Program-made: the position numbers and the translations under genes
Shown: positions 50,801-61,141 of the stretch, piece after piece
Position numbering within the stretch: position 1 is the stretch's first letter
How the letters are laid out: each line of letters starts with the position of its first letter
DNA from: Lytechinus pictus
Lineage: Eukaryota
Length of the DNA: 64,000 bases
Reading direction: 5' to 3'
NCBI RefSeq assembly: GCF_037042905.1
Contig: NC_087245.1
Span: 21,516,001 to 21,580,000, forward strand
The notes under the pieces: generated by a model
Database searches by the model: none
What the model saw: the letters and a program-made list of their open reading frames with translations, nothing else
Told to the model about the DNA's origin: nothing

Positions 50801-53800
50801 TCTGCATATTGGAAAATTTTGCAGCTTTGCATTTCATGAATGAAACTGAAATGCTATTTGATTCTTTAACTCTTTGTGCGCTGGGCCATGAACCCCTCTG
50901 TGCTGAATTCTTTTCAGGGAGGGAAACAATGCATTGTTTGCTTGAGTGTGAAATGCGAAGTTCGCACGGCACCAAGTGTGCATACGTGCGAAGTACGCAT
51001 GAAAAGGGTTAAGCAAGACTTTGTGATAACAATAATAATAAAAAGAAAAAAAAGAAATGCATTAAGATCTCAATACATATTCTCAGTGTATTGCCCCAAA
51101 ATGTTATTAATTTATTCCAATTCGACATAACAATAGAAAACAATATGGCTGAACATTGACCATAATTCCTTACCCCCCCTTTTCATAGAAATAACACATC
51201 TCACATGCTTTTCACCCTTGCAGCTCTGGCTGAGAACAGACCCCGAGATGCCCTCAGACAAGCCCAAAAGGTGCTGAGGAACGTTGAGAGTTGGTCAGAG
51301 GACGATGTCCCAGAGAAGCAAGATTTCATAGCTAACCTTCACAGCTGTCTTGGTAATGCCTACCTTGATCTTGGTAAGATGCCTGATGCTGAACAGAACC
51401 ACCAGAAAGACTTGGACCTCTCAACAAAACAGTAAGTCCTGTTTTTTCTTTTTAATTCATCTTCAATCAATTTTGAAAAATAATTTGTATTCTTTGAAGA
51501 TACGAATGACTTTACGCACGACTGGTGATCCTTTCTTGTGCGATGTGATATCCCTGTATAATTGATATATGACCTAAGAACATGTTCCAGTTGTGTGTAA
51601 CTTTACAAACAGCTTTATGAAACACCCATCAGGTCTCATGATGGATGTTATTGCTTTAAATGTCAATTTATTAAATATCAGCCTAGTTTAATAGTGAACT
51701 AAACCCGATTGATGTTTACACATTATTGGTTAGATTGAGGAAATGTTCCCTTTGGTCTACATTGCCCAAAATGGTGATGTCACATGATGTTCACTTTGTC
51801 ATGTATATGTGACAAATTAGATTAGGGAGCTGATATAGCTGACTGTAACATTTTGCTTAACTGGCTTATTAAGTTCCAAAATATGAGCCTCTGAATATTT
51901 CCTGACGTTTATGAGATGACTTTATTCCAAGTAATATAATTTAGGTTGTTGCAAATAATATTTTTGCACACAGGAAAAGGTATATGATTATAGTAGAAGT
52001 ACTTATCAAACCCAGTGAATTTGACTAACGGACAACACAACTTTCGTACTGTAGTCATTTGTAAAGCTCCTCTTAACTTCATGAACAGATTTACTCAATG
52101 AATATGGATACACCAATTAACAGTTGTTGCAAAATAATATTTGGTCTTTGAATGCCATTCCTTTATGGTATTGTATGTGTATGCACTGTGATTGTCATGA
52201 TCATTTTTGAAAACTTGCTTCATCATCACCTTTTATAATTTTCACCTCTTGTTCTCTTGTCATTTCAGCGAAAACGACGAGGGTAGATCAAGAGCGCTTG
52301 ACAACCTTGGTCGGGTCTATGCCCGCATCGGTAAGTTTGAGAAGGCTGTGGAGAACTGGACCGAGAAGCTACCGCTGGTGAAGTCTGCCCTCGAAGGCAC
52401 ATGGTTGTACCATGAGATCGGGCGATGCCATCTGGAGCTAGGAGACTTCCAGGAAGCAAGGGACTGCGGACAGAAGAGTCTCCAGGCCGCCCAGGAAGCC
52501 GGGGACGATGTCTGGCAGCTCAACGCCAGCGTACTCATTGCACAATCAGAAGGTAAGAGTGCATACAAGGGGGCTGTGTTACATAGAGTTCTGTATAACT
52601 TGACAATTGCACAGAAACTCCAAGTCATATGCTGTATATAACATTTCACAGCCCATCACAGCATTGATAAGTTTATGCTCAGGTACAGCTTGCAAGTGCT
52701 TACTTATCATTTCAATTGATTATTAGATTATGTATGAAATGCCAAATATGCAAATTTGCAATAGAAGTCAAACTTCAATCAATGGTATACTGTGTCAAGG
52801 GACCACTTGAAAAAGAATGCAGAAATGTGTATATTAATATTTGTTAAATTTTTGTTACGGTTGAAAATGGGAATTGACCGTGAAAGAACTTTAAGATAAA
52901 CTAGATAATTGTTTGCTTGAACGAACAGTCAAACTTGGAGACCTGCAAGAGGCTATCGATTCCTTTGAGAGATCCCTTGACATGGCCAAGGTCCAGGGAG
53001 ATGAGCCTGCACAGAAAGCCATTGCCAGTGCCTTGGAGGACCTCAATGAGAAGATTGTTCAAGGGATCAAGGAGAAGGAGGCTGAAGGAGACATCTTACA
53101 AGAAGAACAGGGAGGAGAGAAAGAGACGCAGGAGGAGAAGGTTGTTGATGAAGCAAAGGAAGAAGGTACGTTTAAGATTTAATACGCTTGTGGGAACAAA
53201 ACATAGGCTAATGTGATAAAGTTCATGAACAATTGATTCTTTGTTGGCAGGTGGCCAAAAGAAGACTGGGCAAGGTTTGCAATCGATTGTCAATTTCAAT
53301 ATCAAATAAGCAGTTGATATTATCAGTTTTTATTAATAACAAATCTGTTTATACTCACGGTTGCTAGAAGAAGGTAAGTAATCAGTGGCACATTTGCAAT
53401 CAACTACAAAATTTTGATTGATTGTAAGAAATAAACATTAACTGAGGTTAATTGTCGGTTTCCTAGAATGCCGTCCTAATGTTGATTTAATATGCTTGTT
53501 TGAACTAAAAGCTATCTGATGAAGTTCCAGGACAGTTGAGTCTTAATTGACAGAGGACAAATACAAGCATAGTTTAATTGAATGAGAGAAAGCGTGAATA
53601 TGTAGTAAGAAGTGTGTAACATGATTCATGTAGTTCTGAAAGTTAGTGTCGAGGTGTGATAAGTAAAAGTGTGAGCATCACAAGCAAGAATTGAAATTCA
53701 AAGCGGTAAGTGTACATTTACACGTATGATGTGAAAGAGACAAGGACAAAGAGAAAATGGGATAAAGAAATTAAAAGATATGTATTGAAATTGAGATTGA

Positions 53801-56800
53801 AATACAATTCTGCATGCCTCCATCAATTTCAGTTTATACATCAGTGCATGTTCTGGTACTATTCATGTCGAAGCCATTTCTTAGACTAATCATGAATGCA
53901 CAGTATAACCCCTTGATAAGTTCAATATAACTAACAACACAGAACAACAACAATCCCGTCCCGACGATGATGAAGAATTTGAACAGCAGAGGTCACAGGC
54001 TAAAGAGGAAACTTTCAAACCAAAAGAAGACGAACAGGAGGATAGCAATCAGAAACAAGATGAAACGGAACAGAAAGAAGATGAGAAAGATGATGTTGAG
54101 CAACGTCAAGGCCACGATGGTGAAAACATTTCCTTGTCAAAGATTTGTGCTTTTGGTGGCCTGCTTGTCTAATATATCCTCATGTTGCAAAGCCTTTCAT
54201 CTGCTAACCTTGCTTGTGTCATCAGTGCATTGCTAGTCAAAGCAAAGCTGGAACAGCATTCTCTTATGCAATACTCGTATACATACTCAGAAGTTTGCAT
54301 TTCCCAGGTGTTAGATATCAATTCTAAAACGAAGTTAATGTAAACCTTGAAAAAAAAGTTACTAAAAAAGCAACAAAATGGGCAAAATTGAGACAAGATT
54401 TTTTTTCCCTCAAGATTTAATATATAAAATGTTAAAACAGGACAAAAATAATATAACAAGTGTCCTACCTATGAGGTACATGTAGTGAGCATCTTGGTCA
54501 AACGTCTAGTTGTGCATTTTATGAATAAAAAAAATTATAGATCTCCTCCCCTGATAACCCACACAGAATGATTTCAATTTGGGAAGTCTGCTGACCATGC
54601 ATGGACTTCCTTAAAATGAAGTGGACAGCAGTTTCTTATAAAATTGCTCATATTTCAGAAAAAAGACTGATATTCTCCCAAAATCATGAATGAAATGTCA
54701 GATACTAGTGTTCTTGTGCAAGTTATTACAATCCAGGCAAATGATAGGACACTCGATCCAGAATATTTTTTTTGTTCCTTCAAACACTTCAAATGGCAGT
54801 GAAATTTTCAGGAAGGGCTAATTCTATTCTGACTCAATAGCATGTATTCAAGTACATGTTCAGTTTGACACATGGAAATGCTTACCTCTTTTGCTTTCAA
54901 TGTTACTAGCATAACTCTAACTATCCTTCATACTACTTGAATAACCTTGAAATGATGTCCTCCCCTCCTGCTGCCCTCTCTTATCCTACATGTAAGCTTC
55001 ATTTTGAGTTCTATATGGTTAGATCTGTTCATGGTCCTGGTCAGGTTATGCTTAACAGTGGTTAAGGGTATATTATTTTGCTTACCATCATTGCATTCTT
55101 GCAGCCTGTTCTTGCTCATTTACTCAAGTCATATCATAATTGCATTCTTCCAATTTTATTGCCCTGGATGGGTTGCTGCATGTACCATTGCTATGTCAAC
55201 AGTGCTGAAGGGTAAAGTGTATTTTAGTTTACTAACCAACATTGCATAATGATTGTCTTGCAGCATTTTCTTGCCTACTTATCATTTAAACTTTATAACT
55301 GCAACTGTATCTGATATTCTGATCCACCTTTGCTTTATTGAATTCTGTCTTAACCTAAATAGACTGGGCCTATTTCGATGCCTAAGAAGACTGGGGGGGG
55401 GGGCTGATTCAGCCCCCCCCTATGATCTCAGCCGTCGACCGCGCGATCGCGACGAAAATTGGCACGTGCATTACCCATGGCATAATCTCCAAGTCTGTAG
55501 GATCAATTTTTCCGAAAAATCTCATAATTCATTAATTATGCTAATTTATGCGTAAAATCCAAGATTTGCTCTAATTAACTAAATAAGGCCTCTAAACTGC
55601 TAATTTTTTATTCACAGACTCTTTGAAGGATTCTGATCAAATGTACTTAAAAGAAAATTCAATATCACAATTCTTTTCTTATGTATTTTATTGTTTTTCA
55701 AATTTCTTATGTATTTCTTTGTTTTTCGACTTTTTGTATTTTATTGTTTTTTCAATGGAAATTGTCCGCGACTTTATTTTGACCATAAACAAGATGAAAT
55801 TAATTGAGTTTGATTAGTAAAATTGAAAATAATGATACATTTATGAATTTTGGCTAAAAACACAATTTGCATTGGATTTGTACATAAATTCACGTTTTTG
55901 AGCAATTTTGGGTCGACATGCACTTACAAAATGTTGCGTAATTTCGGAACCACGTACCCGAGCGTCGCAAATTTGGTCTCAAAAGTTGCGCAAGACTTGA
56001 AAGAAAAAAGTCATGGAACGGCGCGGCGCCAGCTTTTCGCGTAACAGATTTATCGCGAAAAATGTTGAGGGGGGGGGCTGAATCAGCCCCCCCCCCAGTC
56101 TTTTTAGGGTTAAATCTTGCCATCCTTACATTACTTCTCTCAATCTTCATTCTGTGTATATTCCATTGGGACATTGTTGCACTAATAATATGCATTTTTA
56201 AAAGAAAAGTAACAGGATGAAAGAAATATCTGTCACGTCATTGCACTCTACATTCTTCATGGTGATATGGATGGATACATTGTACTGGGACTTGTAAAAT
56301 TATTATATTCTGCAATCTGCATCAGTTTACTTGATAGTAATGGTTGCCGGTCAATTGATAGATAGTGTTATTTGTCTTGTACTATACATTATGTACATGT
56401 ATTTCTGGAAGGAAATGCTTGTCAATGTGCTTTATACATCTCTCATGTCAAATTGTCAATGACTTTGCTGCATTCTTATGTAGTCATGCTTTTAATTTTT
56501 TTAATATCATTGACATAAAAAAGTTTAGTTCCTAACTCTTTAAGTGATGATTTCTGAAATACCTATAGCTGCAAAATGTGGGCAAGATCAGGAATTAATA
56601 CTTGAACTTACACATACGTAATCCTGGTTTGTTAGCAAATCTCAGAAGTTTTCAAATCTATTTGTATTTCTTTGGGATAAAGACTGTTCATTACGATTGC
56701 TTGTATGGCAATGGCCAGATGTGGTAGGAGCTCCACGTTAAGGTATAGGTATGGCATCGTTTACATGTACGACTACACCGATTGCAAATTATATTACAGA

Positions 56801-59800
56801 ATAATGCACTCCTATGATACAAACATTGTACTTGTATCGTCAAGCACATATCTGTTCATTTATTAATCCAGATATTCAATATAAAGTAGGCTCGCATTTT
56901 TGTTATGCAGATATACCCATCAGAAAAAAGTAATCACCATTTTTGTTTTTTAAGAAATTGTCACCGCTTGCAAAAGTATGCGTTGCTCAGCACAGCCTGT
57001 GTTTGGTTTATACATCTTCAAGCCGTAATTTTAATTTTGAATGAATGAAGACCCACTTTGCACAGTGAAATATTGCGTATGTACAGCATCTACACATATT
57101 TAATTCACACAAATTTTGTCCAAAGAAAGCTTTCAACTACTAGCAGCTCATTGATGAGCATGCCTTCAAACTGTCTGTTTATAGTAGGATGCAGGCAGGC
57201 TCAGTATTTACCCTTATCATATTAAAAAGCCAAAGTGATGTTCAGTTTGTACAATACAGCAATTGAAGAAAGTCATTTCATTTAAGACCAATATTGGGCA
57301 ATGTTAGCAAAATAGTCATGATGTCCAGTGCTATTAATAATTTATTTAATCTTTATTCAACAGGGTAGGACCATAATTAATTATTTAGAATACTGTTATT
57401 TTAGGGGCCCTGCATAACATTGAGTACTAAGACATGAATATACATGAGATCATTACTTTTTGACTATTTAGTATGAATACATCAATACAAAGCAGGATTA
57501 TATACCCTATTTTCAGTGACCTTAAATACATGTGAATTCATCATGCCAATATTTGTATGATTCAAAACTTCTAACCTGCTAATCGATAGAGGGATACTTA
57601 TGAATACATGTAGCCTTTTTTTTTAACTTGGTTTTCATTTCAGGGTTGTACAGTATTATAGAAACACTCACCTCTCTCCATTGGCTGACCTAATCTTGTT
57701 TGTACATTAATTTGTCTTGTTCAGTGAGGACTTCTAATTGTTCACCTGTACTGTTCATTTTGTGCTGGCTGTAATAGCTTCATGTTTGCTTTCAAAACCA
57801 TGGATCTACTTAAAGTTAACCAGTGTGGTGTACAAACTTTTAATATTGTAATCTTTTCAAGAAGGAAGTGAAGAAATCGTTCTCATCTAGAAGCACGCTT
57901 ACTTCAAACTCTGATTAAATTTGCCTCAATCACAGTCCCAGGTCTTCCAGATCTTAACTTCAAAGGTTTAATACCATCATATATCAGTGAGCATTTTGGG
58001 CCACCCTGGTTAAACTTCTATAATGTTGGCTTGCTTTGCTTGAAAAAAAAAATATATATGTGGCATGCTCTTTTGTGTGTTCACATACACAATTAATTCT
58101 AATAAAAGTAGAGAATGTCTTATATTAATAGAAGGATATAATAAAAACTGAAACAAAATACCCAATGATATGTTTGTAGCATATGAAGCCTCTTATTACC
58201 AAGGCTAATATTAGTATCAATAATAGATATTGAAAGTAATAAAATCTCAAAAGAGGAATTAAAATCTTAAAAGAGAAAATGACAACCCGAAAGCTCAATG
58301 CCAATAAATGAAAGAAATTACTAATTCAATTAATATATTACAGATATCAATTGATCAGCAACATAGAATTCTAGAATTGTATTTAATATTCAAACAATAG
58401 AACAAATTATATTTTGCATTAACAATAATAGCTATCATTTCCTGTAGAGCCATTTGAAGCAAATGCAGCTGCTCAGAAAATTTTGTTGTAAATCATTAAA
58501 GTACTAGCGGTATAGTGCTAGCTCTGGGCAATGGTTGATACTAGTAACCTATAAACCCTACAGGATCGAGGTCCAGTAGTAGATCTTCCAAGAGCAGCAA
58601 GAGTAGCAAAAGCAGCAAGAGAGGATCTGGTTTCTTTGGCCTTCGCAGGAGCTCATCGAGCGGCAGTGAGAAAGATGAGAAGAAATAGAAAGGTGATGAT
58701 CACATCTATTTAGTAGGATCATCTCATTTTGTAGAGGGGCACCCTTTTTGGCTTTTGGCCGTCAGGATGTAGTTTGCAAGCAAAGACTCAAATTTGACAC
58801 CTCGATAAACTATGTCTAGAATGGAGACTAGTCCCTCTTTTCTGAGTCAAATTGGAATAAGAGAGCAGCAACAGTACTTTAAGTGAATGTAGCCCCTTCA
58901 GAGACTGATTTTGTTTATATAATTTGTAGGCAAAAACCAAAGGTATGTGCCTGTAAAACCTGCTGCTTCTCAACCAGGGTTTTTTTTCCTCTGAAGTCTG
59001 AATGTCATTTTTTTTTTACTGTACATACAAATTGTGTTCAGTAATTCAGAAGCTCTCTCCAGGCACAGCCAGTTCTTATAATGATTATCTTCATTCTTGC
59101 AAAATACTTAGAAGTGATGATTGCATGACATGCTTTCTAACATAGATATCCCTGCATATCCCTGCATACAACAAATAAGCAACCTTCCGCTTTATCACAG
59201 CATATCTTTCTTTTCTACTTTTTGGTCTTCTGTCATAGAAAGCACAGACGTGAGCTGCTGTTGATATTGTTATTAAAGATATGATTTAAGAAATTAAAGC
59301 TAGCTATCCCCTATTCCTCAGCCACCCCCAAAATTTTGTCAAGTTTGTTTGAGAAAGTATGAGTTAACACGTCAGTGAAGACTGCCTGCCTGTAATGATC
59401 ACTTTTCTTTTCTTCCTTGAGCAGCCTTAATATACAGGATTCGGTTTACCAAACCCTCTCCTGGGTCCCGTAACACAAAGCTTAGCAATCATCTTTTTAT
59501 AAGAATATCTTAGCAATTGATCGCATTGACTACAATGTAAAATCAGTCATTAAATTATTATGATAATCACTAACCTCTGTGATATGGGACGCTGATTGTG
59601 TTCACATTCACAGTTTTATTCTATCCCTTCAGTTTAATGTTGTCCATTTATATATTATCTATATACCTCATGATTTGTAGTGTGTGATTGCCAAATTGGA
59701 AAAAAAGGCTTCCTTAAATCTGTATGCATTTACCTCTTTGCTGTGAACAAATGTAATTTCTTGATATAGGGGGCTAATGTAAAATAATTATACTTTGAAT

Positions 59801-61141
59801 TGCATTTGATCACAGAATTTAGGACAAGGATGCTTGAACTGATGATTTCATTTGGCAAGACCTTCATCCAGTGGCGGACCGTGACTCAGAGGAGGCAAAG
59901 CATTGGAGGGGCACTGTATTGTTTGTGAACAATGCTGTTCCCCTCCAATGCTTTGTCTCCTCCGGGTCACTGTCCGCCACTGACTTTATCCAGTGATTCC
60001 TTCCAATTTTGAGAGCAAAAAAGATTTAAATTATGTACATGCTGTACCCCTCCTACTACACATAACAGTATAGATTTAAGGTCAGGACCCTGTTTCACGA
60101 TACCCATTATCATCAAGTTGCTTTCACTGGACATTATAAGGTGCTATTTTCTTTTATTGTTGTGTCATCGGCTGAGAACACATTTGGCACACACTGTAGA
60201 AATTTAGTTTCTTTATTTGTGTGTGTGGTGAAACAGGGTACTAGTTATCTGGATCTTGCTGTTTTATTAATCATTCAGCTGGTATAATTTCAAGATACAT
60301 GTCATTTTTGAGATGGGAAGGCAGTAACACACAATCCAACTTCCATGTCGTTGAACACCAAGGTCAAGTCCTTGGACCCCCCCTAAAAAAAAAAAAATCA
60401 AGTTTATGTATGGAGTAAATTTATGACTACGTCAAAATGTTATTCACCACAATAAAGTGAGATATGGCTCTTTGAGCTCTTGAATGTGTCAGTTGGTTCA
60501 AGGCATAGTTTTTCTTCATACTTCTGAATATTATGTTGACTCGAGATGAAATGACTCAAGGATTTCCTGTTGATCATATCTAGACGAGTTCTGAATTCTT
60601 GAGCAGTTGATTTGGGCATCGTCCTGATGTCTGTGTACTAGAACTTACTAGATTCCTTTGTCATTGTCATGTCATCATCATTCTTATCCTCAACATAATC
60701 ATCGTCAACATCACCACCATCATCAACACTGTCATCATGATTGATGCCACCATCATTAACATTAATACCATCATCACTATCAATAACATCAACACCATCA
60801 TCATCATTATCGTTGCTGTCATCATCAATACCATCATTTTCGACATGCTCATTATCATCACCATTATCATCATCATCATCACCACCAACACCACCACCAC
60901 CACCCCCTCCACCCCCACTACCACAACCATCACCACCATCATAAACACTAACCATCACCTCACCACCACAAACCTTGTTATTTACATGACAGGGCTATTG
61001 CTGGAGTATGTGAGTTTTAATATGACATTTGGCAGTGTAAATTCTTCAGTAATTTTTGTTATCTCTTCTCTTATGTCTTTTACAGATGAAAAGCCAGCAG
61101 AAGAAAAGACGGATGAGGCAGAAGAGCAAAAGGAAGAATAA
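41701..61141 (+). CDS. ODAD4: Outer dynein arm docking complex subunit 4 / tetratricopeptide repeat protein 25 (about 608 aa)
   Basis: join(41701-41814,46978-47109,47769-47922,48336-48397,49297-49477,49726-49947,51224-51431,52269-52552,52929-53165,53943-54119,61086-61141); all GT-AG introns with matching phases. Motifs match TTC25 as I recall it: YMAEG, DKNCLVARSKCYL, QKAEALYQMGDFEMALVFYHRG, KLENKGDLSF, QLLGELYADKEYL, FWRQQKPMYAR, SRALDNLGRVYARIG, TWLYHEIGRC, WQLNASVLIAQ. Confidence 0.92.
42027..42482. mobile_element. Long palindromic (fold-back) element interrupted by a SINE
   Basis: Arms GAAAATAGCGAATTTTGATGACAAAC / GTTTGTCATCAAAATTCGCTATTTTC; centre GTGCCAGC-caatcc-GCTGGCAC. Confidence 0.75.
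42145..42321 (+). mobile_element. SINE with a 7SL RNA (Alu-domain)-like head and a DeuSINE-like core
   Basis: CTGGGCGTTGTGGCGTGCGCCTGTAATCCAAGCT resembles the 7SL/Alu 5' end; B-box GGTTCGAGCCC; GTCTTTCGGATGGCGACGTTAAA resembles the Deu domain; CA-rich tail; ACAGC on both flanks. Confidence 0.7.
42930..44806 (+). mobile_element. Truncated non-LTR retrotransposon (RTEX-like ORF2 C-terminus with CCHC knuckle), split by an L1/Tx1 insertion
   Basis: ORF 42930-43613 (HLGI...GL.P....LWKTFCIPRMLHG...KQVLGIP) with a stop and frameshift; CPLCKSADETVEHFTGQC at ~43778-43831; frame resumes at 44511-44696; (GA)n at ~44793-44806. Clade assignment tentative. Confidence 0.7.
43872..44510 (+). mobile_element. 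5'-truncated L1/Tx1-type LINE with poly(A) tail and 15-bp TSD
   Basis: ESPNCFYCSAFPETLVHLFCECPK...LKFYIYRCR...KW; AATAAA plus A-rich tail 44479-44509; TSD GTGTTTATTGGCAAA at 43857-43871 and 44511-44525. Confidence 0.9.
46232..46360 (+). CDS. ODAD4: ODAD4 putative alternative first coding exon 1b (MDEYVDPMQEREEQLKLLQSYIGEAEDHMRKRDYRRAMEGYNL)
   Basis: atcATGG start, coding-like composition, phase-0 donor GTATGT at 46361, in frame with exon 2; aligns with the TPR helices of exon 1a. Confidence 0.7.
46978..47109 (+). CDS. ODAD4: ODAD4 exon 2
   Basis: ttttgtAG|GCT...AAG|GTTAGT; ALEIEPTDKNCLVARSKCYLQLGDSKQALKDAEAALSDDKNYIK. Confidence 0.92.
47769..47922 (+). CDS. ODAD4: ODAD4 exon 3
   Basis: taacAG|GGT...A|GTATGT; GLFQKAEALYQMGDFEMALVFYHRG...ENSIG. 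Confidence 0.92.
48336..48397 (+). CDS. ODAD4: ODAD4 exon 4
   Basis: accAG|GT...GAG|GTGAGT; SPSKVKLENKGDLSFFNKQDE. Confidence 0.9.
49010..49180. mobile_element. Palindromic Harbinger-like MITE (degraded relative at ~51505-51630)
   Basis: ~55-bp near-perfect arms GTTTCATAAAGCTGTTCGTAAGTTAAGAGCGACTTTAAGAAC... / ...GTTCTTAAAGTCGCTCTTAACTTACGAACAGCTTTATGAAAC; G-rich/C-rich termini. Confidence 0.8.
49297..49477 (+). CDS. ODAD4: ODAD4 exon 5
   Basis: ttgtAG|GTA...G|GTAATC; ...KTAKQLLGELYADKEYLDKLLRDE. Confidence 0.9.
49726..49947 (+). CDS. ODAD4: ODAD4 exon 6
   Basis: tgtAG|AC...G|GTAATG; ...YLDTRTEFWRQQKPMYARKRE...LKNLEEIDA. Confidence 0.9.
51224..51431 (+). CDS. ODAD4: ODAD4 exon 7
   Basis: ttgcAG|CT...CA|GTAAGT; ...ANLHSCLGNAYLDLG...HQKDLDLS. 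Confidence 0.9.
52269..52552 (+). CDS. ODAD4: ODAD4 exon 8
   Basis: tttcAG|C...G|GTAAGA; SRALDNLGRVYARIG...WQLNASVLIAQSE. Confidence 0.9.
52929..53165 (+). CDS. ODAD4: ODAD4 exon 9
   Basis: gaacAG|TC...G|GTACGT; KLGDLQEAIDSFERSLDMAK... Confidence 0.88.
53943..54119 (+). CDS. ODAD4: ODAD4 acidic symmetric (phase 1-1) exon 10, possible cassette
   Basis: ctaacaacacAG|AA...G|GTGAAA; EQQQSRPDDDEEFEQQ...EQRQGHD; 177 nt; weak polypyrimidine tract. Confidence 0.65.
55354..56109. mobile_element. piggyBac-like MITE with TTAA TSD
   Basis: TTAA-CCTAAATAGACTGGG ... CCCAGTCTTTTTAGGG-TTAA; subterminal hairpins GGGGGCTGATTCAGCCCCC at both ends. Confidence 0.85.
58564..58688 (+). CDS. ODAD4: ODAD4 putative alternative terminal exon (Ser/Lys/Arg-rich)
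   Basis: ccctacAG|GA in phase 1 gives GSRSSSRSSKSSKSSKSSKRGSGFFGLRRSSSSGSEKDEKK*; GC-richer coding-like island within an AT-rich intron. Confidence 0.6.
59869..59982. mobile_element. 114-bp hairpin hAT-like MITE
   Basis: CAGTGGCGGACCGTGAC... / ...GTCACTGTCCGCCACTG, palindromic over nearly its whole length; flanks CCTTCATC / ACTTTATC (6/8 match). Confidence 0.8.
60660..60970. repeat. Degenerate (CAT/CAC)n trinucleotide repeat
   Basis: Direct inspection; produces spurious D/G-, M/V- and I/T-rich ORFs in several frames. Confidence 0.9.
61086..61141 (+). CDS. ODAD4: ODAD4 terminal coding exon (DEKPAEEKTDEAEEQKEE*)
   Basis: Strong polypyrimidine tract ...tcttttacAG|AT, phase 1; TAA at 61139-61141. 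Confidence 0.75.

Noticed and set aside
60638..61085. Asp/Gly-rich, Met/Val-rich and Ile/Thr-rich ORFs
   Set aside because: Artefacts of the (CAT/CAC)n repeat; only 61086-61141 is a plausible exon.
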